64,000 bases of DNA from an uncultured Alphaproteobacteria bacterium (lineage in GTDB: Bacteria; Pseudomonadota; Alphaproteobacteria; Acetobacterales; Acetobacteraceae), in the NCBI GenBank assembly GCA_963740445.1, contig CAVUED010000026.1, positions 6,297-70,296 of the forward strand, given 5' to 3'. Position 1 is the first letter of the stretch. Every line of letters begins with the position of its first letter. The notes under the pieces are model-generated. The model was not told where the DNA came from, made no database searches, and saw only the letters and a program-made list of their open reading frames with translations. This document shows, piece after piece, positions 10,470 to 20,578 of this stretch. Both the position numbers and the translations under genes were made by a program.

Positions 10470-10690
10470 TCTGCTGCCTTTGCCGCAATACGCCGGGCGG
10501 CTATGCTGCGCGCCTGATAGTCGCGCTGCCAGTCGCTCGGGCCGTGACCTTGTATTCCGGGCAGTTGGTCGGAGATATCCAGCTCCATCACCCCGCGGCG
10601 CAGATTCGCGAGCTTCGCATTCCGAACGCTTACGAGCTTCACTGCCGTAATCGGCTTCGTTCCGTAATCAATCTCGTGCATCAGGCCCAT
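10466..10690 (-). pseudogene. fdsA: 74-aa in-frame mosaic remnant of the formate dehydrogenase alpha subunit FdsA
   Basis: Contains FdsA-like N-terminus MGLMHEIDYGT, internal RRGVMELxISD and C-terminus GPSDWQ...RRIA..AAE; overlaps the fdsD start. Confidence 0.7.
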
Positions 10691-10790
10691 GGAGAGTCTC
10701 CTAATTCCGCCGCCAGCGGCAATGACTTAAATCCCATATGCGATATAAGTATCAGGATAGCACAAAACCACCAGGCACTAAAAATTCTGC

Positions 10791-11681
10791 CTAGAAATGG
10801 CCGCGGCTGAGTCGCGTGGCGCCAGCGAAGAGTGCTTCCGCCAGCGGGGAAAGCGGGTCGCGATCGGGAAATACCAGCCCGACCTTGTGTACTTCCTCGG
10901 GGTCAACGATTGGAATCGCGCGTAGTTTGTTTCCCAACCCAAAAATTTCCGCCAGTTTTTCCGGCATCACGCAGGCCCAGCGCCCGGTTTGCACGTGGCT
11001 GATAAGCACAACGATGGAGTTTGACTCCAGTGCTGGTTCGACATTGCCCCCGCTGTTGCGCAGCAGCCGGTCGATGATCCGCCAATTCTGCATGTCGGGG
11101 CTCAACAGGCAGAGGGGGATACTGCTGAGTTCCGCCCAACTGACCTGGGCGCGGCCGCCGAGCGGTGCGCTTGCCGAAGTCAGCAGCCGGTAGCGTTCCT
11201 CATAAAGCGGGATGCAGCGTAAGCGGCCGATCGGCTCATTGTCCAGGTAGGTGATTCCGGCATCGATCTCGAGATTATGCAGCCGCTCCAGCACCTCGGT
11301 GCTGGTGCAGGATTGCAGGTTGAACCGCACATGAGGATGGTGTTCGCGGAATGGTGTCGTTAGCTCGGTCAGGGTCGCCAGCGCGGTGGGAATGGTGGCG
11401 ATCCGCAGCAGCCCGGACAGGCCGCGCTTCAGCCGGCTGACATTGTCGCGCATGGCATGCACGTCACCGCTGATACGCCGCGCCCAGTCGAGCACGAGTT
11501 CGCCCTCGGCAGTGAACCCCTGGAAGCGCGAGCTGCGCAACACCAGCGGCACGCCGAGCAATTCCTCCAGCGCCCGGATACCGGCGGAAAAACTTGGCTG
11601 TGCCACGCCGCAGCGCTCTGCGGCACGGCCAAAATTCTTCTCAACCGACAAAGCGATCAGATATTCCAGTTTGCTGAGCAT
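10791..11681 (-). CDS. LysR-family regulator (FdsR-like by context)
   Basis: NFGRAAERCGVAQPSFSAGIRALEE HTH; GGAGG RBS before the ATG at 11681. Confidence 0.9.
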   Translation of the reverse strand: MLSKLEYLIALSVEKNFGRAAERCGVAQPSFSAGIRALEELLGVPLVLRSSRFQGFTAEGELVLDWARRISGDVHAMRDNVSRLKRGLSGLLRIATIPTALATLTELTTPFREHHPHVRFNLQSCTSTEVLERLHNLEIDAGITYLDNEPIGRLRCIPLYEERYRLLTSASAPLGGRAQVSWAELSSIPLCLLSPDMQNWRIIDRLLRNSGGNVEPALESNSIVVLISHVQTGRWACVMPEKLAEIFGLGNKLRAIPIVDPEEVHKVGLVFPDRDPLSPLAEALFAGATRLSRGHF

Positions 11682-11896
11682 GGGCGTCCTCCCTCCGAAT
11701 GGTTGCGTAGCCGGATATCCGGCGGTCCGGGCAGCAGGAGCAGCGATGCACCGGCCAGAACGACCCGGCGGGTTCGCGGTTTGGTTTGTCCGTGGTGGTG
11801 TATCTCGGGGCAATGCGCTCTCTGTTTATCCGTGTTGCGGCTGGAGTGCCAGAGCAAGGGGGGTGGACTGAAGATGGCCGGTGTCACCGCCGTGCG

Positions 11897-12115
11897 TCAG
11901 TCTCTTGCATGGTCCCGGCCTGCCAGCATCACAAAATACCCACGCAGAAACGGCAGCCTCACCCGCCACCGCCAGTCGATTGCGTGCCTCATCCGGTGCC
12001 GCATTCCAAAATGCAGCTCCACCGCCGCCAGTTGTTCGGCATCGAATCTTGCCGCAAGGTCCGGCGGCAGGCGCGCGAGAAACCGCTCCATGTCCTGGCT
12101 CCGCGCTACCGGCAT
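11897..12115 (-). CDS. Small hypothetical protein
   Basis: 72-aa ORF directly after the acyltransferase stop codon. Confidence 0.6.
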   Translation of the reverse strand: MPVARSQDMERFLARLPPDLAARFDAEQLAAVELHFGMRHRMRHAIDWRWRVRLPFLRGYFVMLAGRDHARD

Positions 12116-12116
12116 A

Positions 12117-13115
12117 TCAGTCGGTCAGGCGGTCCAGCACCCGTATCCGCCGGAACACGGCGCGTTTCAGCGCCACCGGCCCCAGAATCCCCGCACTCAT
12201 CAACGCCGCCGCAAAGGGGAGGAAATTCGGCCCATCCCAGGAGCAGAACAGCAGCAGAACGCCCTTCACCAGCCCGATGAACAACGTGTTGAAAAGATAG
12301 ATCATGAAACTGTACCGCCCGAGGAAAAGTAACACCCGGTGCGAGGATGCCGCCCAGAACCTTAACCAACCGTGAATCGCCGGCATGGATAATGCGCCCA
12401 GGGGCAATAAGGTTAATTTTTCCGGCCAATTCGCGCCAAAAAACACAACCAAAGCGAGACCACAAAGCAGCAAAGCCAGCAGCCAGGGCCAGCTCCGGTC
12501 CATGAAGTTATCCCAGCGCGCGCCCAGAATCCCGGCCCAGGCGCCCAGCCCGAAAAACACCGCATAGGTTCCTACGCGGTCGAGGTAGACATAGGCCGGC
12601 AGTGGCAACAGGTAGAGTATCATCGCGCCCGCCAGCAGCCAGGGCAGTCGCGACGGTTTGCCCGCCAGCAGAACCATTGCCCCCAGGCTCACGACGAAAA
12701 GGACAAAAAGATACCAGACGGAGAGTGCCGGGCTACGCGCCGTATGCCACAGCAGGCCGCTCAACCCATCCCAAAACCCGGCCGGCATGTTATCCACGAA
12801 CATCACCCGCGCGGCTAAAATTTTGCCGAGAACAACCAGACCACCAAGCAGAAAAAACGGCGCCAGCAGCCGCTTTGCCCTGGCCTTCACCACCTTGGGC
12901 CACGCCGCGCGGGGGGCCAGAATGGTGCCGGAGAGCACCGCAACCAGCCCGCTCAGATACAAAAACAGAGGCATATGAAACGTATAAACCGCCCGGCGTA
13001 GCGGCTCGTACCATTGCACATGCGCCGGGTCCGCCCGTGCCACCAGATGCCCGAAGACAACCAGCAAAATGGCGAACCCTTTCGTGAGGTCGATATCGTC
13101 CCGCCGCTGCATCAA
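12117..13115 (-). CDS. Acyltransferase-3 family membrane O-acyltransferase
   Basis: DLTKGFAILLVVFGH, FHMPLF, WYL, LGRYSFMIYL. Confidence 0.88.
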   Translation of the reverse strand: MMQRRDDIDLTKGFAILLVVFGHLVARADPAHVQWYEPLRRAVYTFHMPLFLYLSGLVAVLSGTILAPRAAWPKVVKARAKRLLAPFFLLGGLVVLGKILAARVMFVDNMPAGFWDGLSGLLWHTARSPALSVWYLFVLFVVSLGAMVLLAGKPSRLPWLLAGAMILYLLPLPAYVYLDRVGTYAVFFGLGAWAGILGARWDNFMDRSWPWLLALLLCGLALVVFFGANWPEKLTLLPLGALSMPAIHGWLRFWAASSHRVLLFLGRYSFMIYLFNTLFIGLVKGVLLLFCSWDGPNFLPFAAALMSAGILGPVALKRAVFRRIRVLDRLTD

Positions 13116-13174
13116 ACCCCAACCGAAGATTGTAATCTATCGTAAAATAAACGCTTTGGTTGTAAACCGCGAAT

Positions 13175-14374
13175 GTGCGAAAAAACCTAACCGGCTGCGT
13201 CACGATCGCGCTAACCCTCATCTTTGCCAGCGCGCGGGCGCAGGAGCTGGATTCGCTACTACCCGGCAGCATTCCGGGCTATGCAAAGCCTTTTGGCGTT
13301 ACCGATAGCAACCAGCCACGGCGTATCCAGGCTTCGGGGTTTATGCTGGGGGATGTCGCGCTGCTTCCCGCCCTTGGCCTTACCCAGGGCTACGATTCCG
13401 CTCCTAATGGTGCCGCCGGCTCGGCCGTTTCAGCCGCATCGCCCAGCCTGCTGGTCACGGACAAGCTGCTCGGCTTCGGCGCTTTTGCCGCCGCCAATGC
13501 CGCCAGCTACCCCCAAAACACGACGCAAAATACCTCCGGCGTCACCCTGGCCGCGGGCGAGCGCGTGTTGCTGCCGGGCGAAGCCGTGACTCTCTCCGCC
13601 GGCTATCTTCGCGCACAGGAAACCGGTTTCGCGCTCGACACGATTGCCATTGCGCGGCCCATCGCCTTCACGGTAAGCGATGTACGCGCCAGCGATGAGA
13701 TCACGGCCGGCATGTTCATGTTGAAACCGGAATTCTCAACAACCGAATACCGCTTTCCCGGTCTCGCCGCGCAAAACCGGATTGATGACCGCGAAGATCT
13801 CACCTCCACATATATTCCTGGCGGCCCCATCGAAGTTTTGTTCCGCCTGCGCGCCACGCAATCAGCCTATCGCGAAACGATTTTCAATGCGGATACGAAC
13901 CAGGTACTCACCGGGGTGGAGGACACCGCAAACGGCCTCTGGACGTTCAGCGCGCTCGCCGGTGCAGCACAGCGCCGGCCTCGTTACGGTCTCTCAACCA
14001 CAGCCCCGGTACTGGAGGCTGGGCTGGACTGGATGCCGGGCGATCTGGACCGTGTGCGTATGACCCTGGCGCACGAGATCGACGACCCGGATCGGGTGAG
14101 TGCCACCCCCTATATGCTCACAGACGTAAAAATTTCGATAACGCACGAATATTTGACCAATATCGTCTTTAAACTTGCAGCGCAGGCTTCTAACGCTGCC
14201 TACATGCACAGCCCTTTGCGGGAAACTCTTTTCAATAGCGATGTGAAAGTCTCCTGGCAGATCGGTGCTGGCCTGGCGGTCGATGGCGATTACATTTTTA
14301 ACGACCGGCAGGCGAATTATCTGCGGGCCGCGAACGAGCATGTCGCGACTCTCGGGGTTGTGTGGACACCTTGA
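13175..14374 (+). CDS. Outer-membrane beta-barrel protein, EPS-associated type
   Basis: Signal peptide, alternating beta-strand pattern, aromatic residue near the C-terminus; upstream of a glycosyltransferase. Confidence 0.7.
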   Translation: MRKNLTGCVTIALTLIFASARAQELDSLLPGSIPGYAKPFGVTDSNQPRRIQASGFMLGDVALLPALGLTQGYDSAPNGAAGSAVSAASPSLLVTDKLLGFGAFAAANAASYPQNTTQNTSGVTLAAGERVLLPGEAVTLSAGYLRAQETGFALDTIAIARPIAFTVSDVRASDEITAGMFMLKPEFSTTEYRFPGLAAQNRIDDREDLTSTYIPGGPIEVLFRLRATQSAYRETIFNADTNQVLTGVEDTANGLWTFSALAGAAQRRPRYGLSTTAPVLEAGLDWMPGDLDRVRMTLAHEIDDPDRVSATPYMLTDVKISITHEYLTNIVFKLAAQASNAAYMHSPLRETLFNSDVKVSWQIGAGLAVDGDYIFNDRQANYLRAANEHVATLGVVWTP

Positions 14375-15114
14375 AGCACCGCACGATCCAGTTGCTTGGC
14401 GTTGAATTCAACAATGTCAGCCTGGCCGAAATCATGAAACGGCTGCTGACCCGGCCTCCTGGCGCACGGTTCAGCTATGTCGTGACGCCGAATGCCGACC
14501 ATATCGACCGGCTCTGGCGCATTCCGCGCCTGCGCGTGGTCTATACGCACGCGATGCTCTGCCTGCTGGATTCACAACTCATCGGCAATTGCGCCCATTT
14601 TCTTGGCCTGCGGCGGCCAGAAGTGGTCACCGGGGCTGACCTCACCGAGGCTCTACTGGCCAGGCTGGAGGGCGTGCGGGTCGCCGTGATCGGCATGACA
14701 GCCAAGGATTTCGCCGCTTTGGCGATGCGCTATCCAAAAATTATTTTTCTTCATCACCAGCCGCCGATGGGCCTGCTCGAAAATGTGCCGGCCTTCAGCG
14801 CCGCGTGCGACTTCATCCGGGATAGCCATTGCCCTTTCACCTTTATCGCCCTCGGCTCACCGGTGCAGGAATTGCTCGCCTATGCCGTTGCTAAAAAGCG
14901 GGATGCCGTGGGCATTGGCCTGTGCATCGGCGCGGGACTCGAATTCTGCGCCGGTACCGCGCGGCGCGCCCCGCTATGGATGCGCCGGCGCGGTCTGGAA
15001 TGGCTGCACCGGCTGCTCCACGACCCGGTCAGGCTCGCCGGGCGCTATCTCATTTCCGATCCCAAAGTTCTGGCGGCCCTGGCGATCGCGGCTTTCAGGG
15101 AAAAAACGCCCTGA
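14371..15114 (+). CDS. WecB/TagA/CpsF-family glycosyltransferase
   Basis: VVTPNADH, VTGADL, ALGSPVQE, RAPLWM..GLEWLHRL..DP.RL..RY. Confidence 0.9.
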   Translation: MKHRTIQLLGVEFNNVSLAEIMKRLLTRPPGARFSYVVTPNADHIDRLWRIPRLRVVYTHAMLCLLDSQLIGNCAHFLGLRRPEVVTGADLTEALLARLEGVRVAVIGMTAKDFAALAMRYPKIIFLHHQPPMGLLENVPAFSAACDFIRDSHCPFTFIALGSPVQELLAYAVAKKRDAVGIGLCIGAGLEFCAGTARRAPLWMRRRGLEWLHRLLHDPVRLAGRYLISDPKVLAALAIAAFREKTP

Positions 15115-16087
15115 GTTCGACGTCCTCCAGCCGCGCCGGCTGCCATTTCGGCAGGCGGTCCTTCTCCACCAGCATGGCGCGCACACCTTCCAGAAAATCG
15201 GCGCCCATCGCCACCTTCCGCATCAGGGCGAACTCGGCTTCCAGGCACTGGCGCAAATCGCGCGACGCTCCCTGGCGGATAATCTCAAAACTCCAATACA
15301 CGGCGCTTGGGCTATGCGACCGTATCTGCGCCAGGCTCTCGGCGGCAAATGTTCCGTCGTCCTCCGCCAGCCTTGCGACGATCTCCATCACGCTGCCGGC
15401 GCTGAACGCGGAGTCGATCACCACGCGCTCCGAGGCGAGGCTAAAAGCGGGCAGGGGGGCGGCAAATTCCGCAATCACCGCGACGCCATCCCGCATAATC
15501 GCCTGCGCCAGCGCGCCCAAGCGGGCGCTGGGGACAAAATGCGTGGCCAAACCGGCATGCACGGCATCCGCTCCGTGCATCCGTGCCCCCGTCAGCCCGA
15601 GATACATGCCCAAAGCGCCCGGCAGCCGTGGCAGCACGAAGCTCGTTCCCACATCCGGGAACAGCCCGATCGCCGTCTCCGGCATCGCCAGCATTGCCCG
15701 CTCCGTCACAATCCGGTGGCTGCCATGTACTGAAATACCGACGCCCCCGCCCAGGCACACCCCATCGATCAGCGCCACATACGGTTTGGGGAAGTCCGCG
15801 ATCGCCTGGTTCAGCGCATATTCCGCGCTGAAAAACGCCGCAACGCCCGCCGTGTCCCCCGCCATGGCGCCCGCGCGCAAGTGCCTTATATCCCCGCCGG
15901 CGCAAAATCCGCGCTCGCCCGCCGCGTCCAGCAGCACAACATGCACGGTGGGATCGCCGGCAAAATCATCCAATGCGGCATGGATAAGCCGCAACATCGC
16001 CAGATCAAGCGCGTTCAGCGACTTCGGCCTGTTTAACCGAATTCGCCCCGCCCGGCCTTCACGCCAGATTTTTACGCCTTGATCCAT
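15095..16087 (-). CDS. Enoyl-CoA hydratase family, 3-hydroxyisobutyryl-CoA hydrolase-like
   Basis: LNRPKSLNAL, FCAGGD, MPETAIGLFPDVG, DFLEGVRA. Confidence 0.9.
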   Translation of the reverse strand: MDQGVKIWREGRAGRIRLNRPKSLNALDLAMLRLIHAALDDFAGDPTVHVVLLDAAGERGFCAGGDIRHLRAGAMAGDTAGVAAFFSAEYALNQAIADFPKPYVALIDGVCLGGGVGISVHGSHRIVTERAMLAMPETAIGLFPDVGTSFVLPRLPGALGMYLGLTGARMHGADAVHAGLATHFVPSARLGALAQAIMRDGVAVIAEFAAPLPAFSLASERVVIDSAFSAGSVMEIVARLAEDDGTFAAESLAQIRSHSPSAVYWSFEIIRQGASRDLRQCLEAEFALMRKVAMGADFLEGVRAMLVEKDRLPKWQPARLEDVELRAFFP

Positions 16088-16149
16088 ATTTTGCTCCGCT
16101 TATCTCGGGAACTGAGTACAATAAGGCCGACCCAAGGCAAGGGGCGTGG

Positions 16150-16434
16150 ATGATCGAATTTCTGACGGAAAAACGCAGAAGCGGCGAGGACTTTCTGTGG
16201 GCAGTTGTTGCCATCATCGGCCGTGTCATCCGCATCGCCGAAATCTATCCCAGCCGCCCCGCGGCTCTGGCGGACCAGGCCTGGCGCGAAGCCCAGGTCC
16301 GCGCCTATGCGGGCTTCCTTGAAAACGCCGCCCAGCCCTACCCACGTTATGCGGTGAAACCCATCCGCCGCACGGATTTGCCGCGCCGGTGGAAGCCATT
16401 GCCGGCTCTGGGCTTTTTGAACGGGAAGTTATAA
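16150..16434 (+). CDS. Hypothetical protein coupled to fumC
   Basis: 94-aa ORF whose TAA overlaps the fumC ATG (TAATG). Confidence 0.6.
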   Translation: MIEFLTEKRRSGEDFLWAVVAIIGRVIRIAEIYPSRPAALADQAWREAQVRAYAGFLENAAQPYPRYAVKPIRRTDLPRRWKPLPALGFLNGKL

Positions 16435-17852
16435 TGGCCAGCACACGGACGGAACATGATGCCCTCGGCGATGTCGAGGTGCCATCCGACCACCTTTGGG
16501 GCGCGCAGACGCAGCGCTCGATCGAAAATTTCCCCATCGGCCGGCGCAATTACATCTGGGGCAGGGACGTTATCCGCGCCTTCGGAATTTTGAAAAAAGC
16601 CTGCGCCCTGGCCAACCAGGCTCTCGGCCAACTGCCCGAGGCAAAGGTCAAACTCATCGTCCAGGCCTGCCGAGGAGGTCATCGCTGGCGAATGGGATGC
16701 CGAATTTCCCCTCGTCGTGTTCCAGACCGGCTCCGGCACGCAGAGCAACATGAACGCCAATGAGGTCATCGCCAACCGCGCTATTCAGATCGCCGGCGGC
16801 GTGGTGGGCAGCAAAAAGCCGATCAACCCCAATGACGACGTCAACCACAGCCAATCCTCCAACGACACGTTCCCGGCGGTCATGCATATCGCCGCTGTCG
16901 AGGTTATCGAGAATCAGCTCCTCCCCGCAATCGCCACCCTCGCCCGGACGCTGGAGCAAAAGAGCCTCGCCTTCAACGAAGTGGTGATGACCGGCCGCAC
17001 GCATTTGCAGGACGCGACGCCCATCACCCTCGGACAGGTCATCTCCGGCTGGCACGCGCAGTTGGAAGCCGCCATCGCCGGCATCCGCTTACCACGCTGC
17101 CGGGCCTGTACGAACTCGCCATCGGCGGCACGGCGGTGGGCACCGGCCTCAACGCCCACCCCAATTTCGGCGCGACGGCCGCGGAGTTCATCCGGATAGA
17201 GACCGGGAAGGCTTTTTGCTCCGCGCCCAATAAATTCGCCGCCCTCTCGGCCCATGACGCCATCGTCGCCGCTTCGGGGAGTCTTCGCGTTCTTGCCGGT
17301 GCGGCCATGAAAATCGCGAACGATGTCCGCTGGTATGCCTCCGGCCCGCGCACCGGCATCGGCGAAATTCTGATCCCCGAAAACGAGCCCGGCTCCTCCA
17401 TCATGCCCGGCAAGATCAACCCGACCCAGTGCGAGGCCCTGACCATGGTCGCCGTGCAGGTGTTCGGGAACGACCACGCCGTCGCCTTTGGCGGCTCCCA
17501 GGGCAATTTCCAGCTCAATGTTTTCAAGCCCGTTATGCTGCATAATTTGCTGGATTCTGCTTATCTTCTGGCCGAATCCCTCACCGCGTTCGACACCCAT
17601 TGCGCCACCGGCATCGAACCCGCTTTCGACAAAATTGCCGAAAATCTCGAAAAAAACCTGATGCTCGTGACGGCCCTCAACCCGCATATCGGCTATGAGC
17701 TTGCGGCCAAAACCGCCCTCAAAGCCCACAGAGATGGGTTATCCCTGCGCGAAGCCGCTTTGGCGCTGGGGGTGACAACAGCCGAACAATTCGATGAATG
17801 GGTGAAGCCTGAGGATATGACGCGGCCTTTGCGGGTTGAAAGTAAGGGCTGA
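16434..17852 (+). CDS. fumC: Class II fumarate hydratase (apparent frameshifts near 16670 and 17090)
   Basis: [48 protein letters not shown] spread over three frames. Confidence 0.93.
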
Positions 17853-17909
17853 AAACCACCCTTATCGAAGGCCAAAAGTGATTGCCGCTGCATTTTCCCG
17901 TGTGCGGCC

Positions 17910-17940
17910 TTGACCTTCCCACGGTAGGAGACCTCATCTC
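17910..17940 (+). promoter_or_regulatory. Possible CueR/MerR-type promoter
   Basis: TTGACC overlapping ACCTTCC-N7-GGAGACC, a partial match to the CueR dyad ACCTTCC-N7-GGAAGGT, ahead of a copper oxidase. Confidence 0.55.
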
Positions 17941-17997
17941 CTTGGTGTTCATCGCCATGATCACCATCATTATGAAGCGTTCCTGAAGGATTACCTT

Positions 17998-19425
17998 ATG
18001 TCTGTACGCCTATCCCGCCGGAATATCCTGGCCACGACGATTGGTATCGCGGGAGGTGCGGCTGCAGGTGCTCTGACACGCCCGGCCTACGCCGCAACCG
18101 CGCCGCTGCGCCTTACCGCCGGCACAAGGACGCTGGAGGTCAACGGCAAGGCTGCCCGCGTATTCAGCCTCATGGGACCTAACGGTAAGCCGGGTCTGAC
18201 ATTGGCGCCTGGCGAACGCTTCAGCACGGTGCTCGCGAACGAAACCGACGGTCCCACCATCATTCATTGGCATGGGCAGTTGCCGCCCTGGACGCAGGAT
18301 GGTTTTCCCTGGCCACAGACGCCACCGATAGAGGCCGGTGCCACGCACGCTTATGATTTCGCACCGATCCCCGGCACGTTCTGGATGCATTCTCACCAGG
18401 GTTTGCAGGAACAGACACTGATGACCGCACCGCTGATTATTCGCAGCGCGGCCGATCAACGAGAGGACCGGCAGGAAATCGTGCTGATGCTGCATGATTT
18501 TAGTTTCAGGTCGCCTGAGGATCTGCTCGCGGGACTGACAAAAACCGCGACCGGCCAAGGCGGCATGGCGATGGGCGGCATGTCAATGGGCGGCGGCACG
18601 GCCATGAGCGGCATGGACCTGAATGATATTGACTACGACGCTTTTCTCGCCAACGACCGTACCCTCGCCGATCCGGAGGTTTTCCGTGTGCAGGCCGCAG
18701 GCCGCGTGCGGTTGCGCGTTATCAACGGCAGCTCAGCGAGCCAATTCTGGATTGATCTCGGCGCTCTGCGCGGGACTGTCGTTGCCGTCGACGGACATGA
18801 CGTACAGCCTGTTCCCGTGCGGCGGGTGCCACTCGCGATCGCGCAACGCGTGGATATCCTGATCGACCTGACCGAGCAGGGGGCTTTCCCGGTCCTTGCC
18901 CAGGTGGAAGGCAAACGCGCACGCGCGGGCATTATTATAGCCACTCCCGGCGCGGCCGTGCCGCGGCTCGCGGCGATGGCCGATGCCGCGATGCCGGCGG
19001 TGGATATCTCCCTTGAGAAAGTTCTACGGGCGAAATCTCCGTTGGCGCGCCGGCCGGCGGATATTGTCCACCGCGTGGTCCTGGATGGTAACATGAGCCC
19101 GTTTGCGTGGTCGATGAACGGGGAGTACTGGCCGAAGGTGACGCCAATGATGGTGACGCCCGGCCAACGCGTGGAGATTGATATGGTAAATCATTCGATG
19201 ATGGCGCACCCGATGCATCTGCATGGCCATGCCTTCCAGGTGGTTGCCCTGAATGGCACGCCCGTTGCGGGCGCCGTACGCGATACCGTGCTTGTGCCGG
19301 CAAAGGGCAGTGTGCGGATCGCCTTCGATGCGAACAATCCCGGCCGTTGGGCGTTTCACTGCCACAACCTCTATCACATGATGTCCGGTATGATGACGGA
19401 GATGCGCTATCCGGGGATTGTCTGA
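17998..19425 (+). CDS. Tat-exported multicopper oxidase
   Basis: SRRNIL Tat motif; HWHG, WMHSH, HPMHLHGH, HCHNLYHM copper sites; Met/Gly-rich loop. Confidence 0.93.
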   Translation: MSVRLSRRNILATTIGIAGGAAAGALTRPAYAATAPLRLTAGTRTLEVNGKAARVFSLMGPNGKPGLTLAPGERFSTVLANETDGPTIIHWHGQLPPWTQDGFPWPQTPPIEAGATHAYDFAPIPGTFWMHSHQGLQEQTLMTAPLIIRSAADQREDRQEIVLMLHDFSFRSPEDLLAGLTKTATGQGGMAMGGMSMGGGTAMSGMDLNDIDYDAFLANDRTLADPEVFRVQAAGRVRLRVINGSSASQFWIDLGALRGTVVAVDGHDVQPVPVRRVPLAIAQRVDILIDLTEQGAFPVLAQVEGKRARAGIIIATPGAAVPRLAAMADAAMPAVDISLEKVLRAKSPLARRPADIVHRVVLDGNMSPFAWSMNGEYWPKVTPMMVTPGQRVEIDMVNHSMMAHPMHLHGHAFQVVALNGTPVAGAVRDTVLVPAKGSVRIAFDANNPGRWAFHCHNLYHMMSGMMTEMRYPGIV

Positions 19426-19602
19426 ACGGGACCGCTATCACCCGCGTAACCCTGCATCGCCAGCGCCGGAGTACTCTAATGTCCTGGGCGTCTCCTCAGC
19501 CTTATGTAATTTTATGACACTTGCTTATGCTTGCCGCATCTGCATCTAGTATCATGGAAAATCGGCGCTCTGATGCGCCTTTGACATGAAGAAAGACTGT
19601 AA

Positions 19603-20406
19603 ATGATGGATGGCGGCGCCGAATCCCGGCGGATTACGATACACCGAGCGGAGGACTTCGCGCCGATGCGCGCGGCTGGCCGGCTGGCGGCTGAAACCCT
19701 GGATATGATCGGGGCCCATGTCGTCCCCGGTGTCACGACCGAGCATCTTAACACGCTCTGCCACGATTTTATCCTGGCCCATGGCGCCATTCCGGCCCCG
19801 CTCAACTATCGCGGCTTCCCGAAATCCATCTGCACCTCCATCAACCATGTCGTCTGCCATGGCATCCCTGGTGAGAAAAAGCTGCTGGAGGGGGATATCG
19901 TGAACATCGACGTCACGGTGATCCTGGATGGCTGGTATGGTGACACCAGCCGCATGTATATCGCCGGCGCCGCCACGACCCGCGCCAAACGGCTGATGGA
20001 CGTCACCTATGAATCCCTCATGCGCGGCATCGCCATGGTCAAACCAGGGGCTAGTTTTGGCGATGTCGGCCATGCCATCCAGAGCTTTGTCGAGGCGCAG
20101 CGTTTCTCCGTGGTGCGGGATTTTTGCGGCCATGGCATCGGTCAGCACTTCCATGAGCCCCCAAACGTGCTGCATTTCGGCCGGAAGGGGGAGGGCGCGG
20201 TCTTCAAACCGGGCATGTTCTTCACCATCGAGCCGATGGTGAATGCCGGCCGCCCGGAGGTGAAGGTCCTTGAGGATGGCTGGACAGCCGTGACCCGCGA
20301 CCGCTCGCTCTCCGCCCAGTTCGAGCACATGGTCGGCGTGACTGAAACCGGCTGCGAGATTTTCACGCTCTCCCCGGCTGGCTACACCGCCCCGCCTTAC
20401 GTTTAA
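19603..20406 (+). CDS. map: Type I methionine aminopeptidase
   Basis: [39 protein letters not shown]. Confidence 0.96.
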   Translation: MMDGGAESRRITIHRAEDFAPMRAAGRLAAETLDMIGAHVVPGVTTEHLNTLCHDFILAHGAIPAPLNYRGFPKSICTSINHVVCHGIPGEKKLLEGDIVNIDVTVILDGWYGDTSRMYIAGAATTRAKRLMDVTYESLMRGIAMVKPGASFGDVGHAIQSFVEAQRFSVVRDFCGHGIGQHFHEPPNVLHFGRKGEGAVFKPGMFFTIEPMVNAGRPEVKVLEDGWTAVTRDRSLSAQFEHMVGVTETGCEIFTLSPAGYTAPPYV

Positions 20407-20578
20407 GCCGGCATTCAAAAACGATCCGGAAGGCGGGTTGCCAGCGCCTGTGAGGTGCTGCCCCGCCTTTCGTTTGACACCGCAAAAATTCTTGTGCATC
20501 ATTGTATTTAACTCTCAAGAACTTTTTGGCGCGGGGTCGAATGTCGGACGAGAAGCAATGGGCGGGCGTAATCGCGCA

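Noticed and set aside
11690-11880. Long GC-rich leader of the LysR gene as a riboswitch
   Set aside because: No recognisable aptamer consensus or expression platform
19478-19505. TCCTGGGCGTCTCCTC, reminiscent of alphaproteobacterial suhB/MmgR-type sRNAs
   Set aside because: Short match only, without the following terminator hairpin
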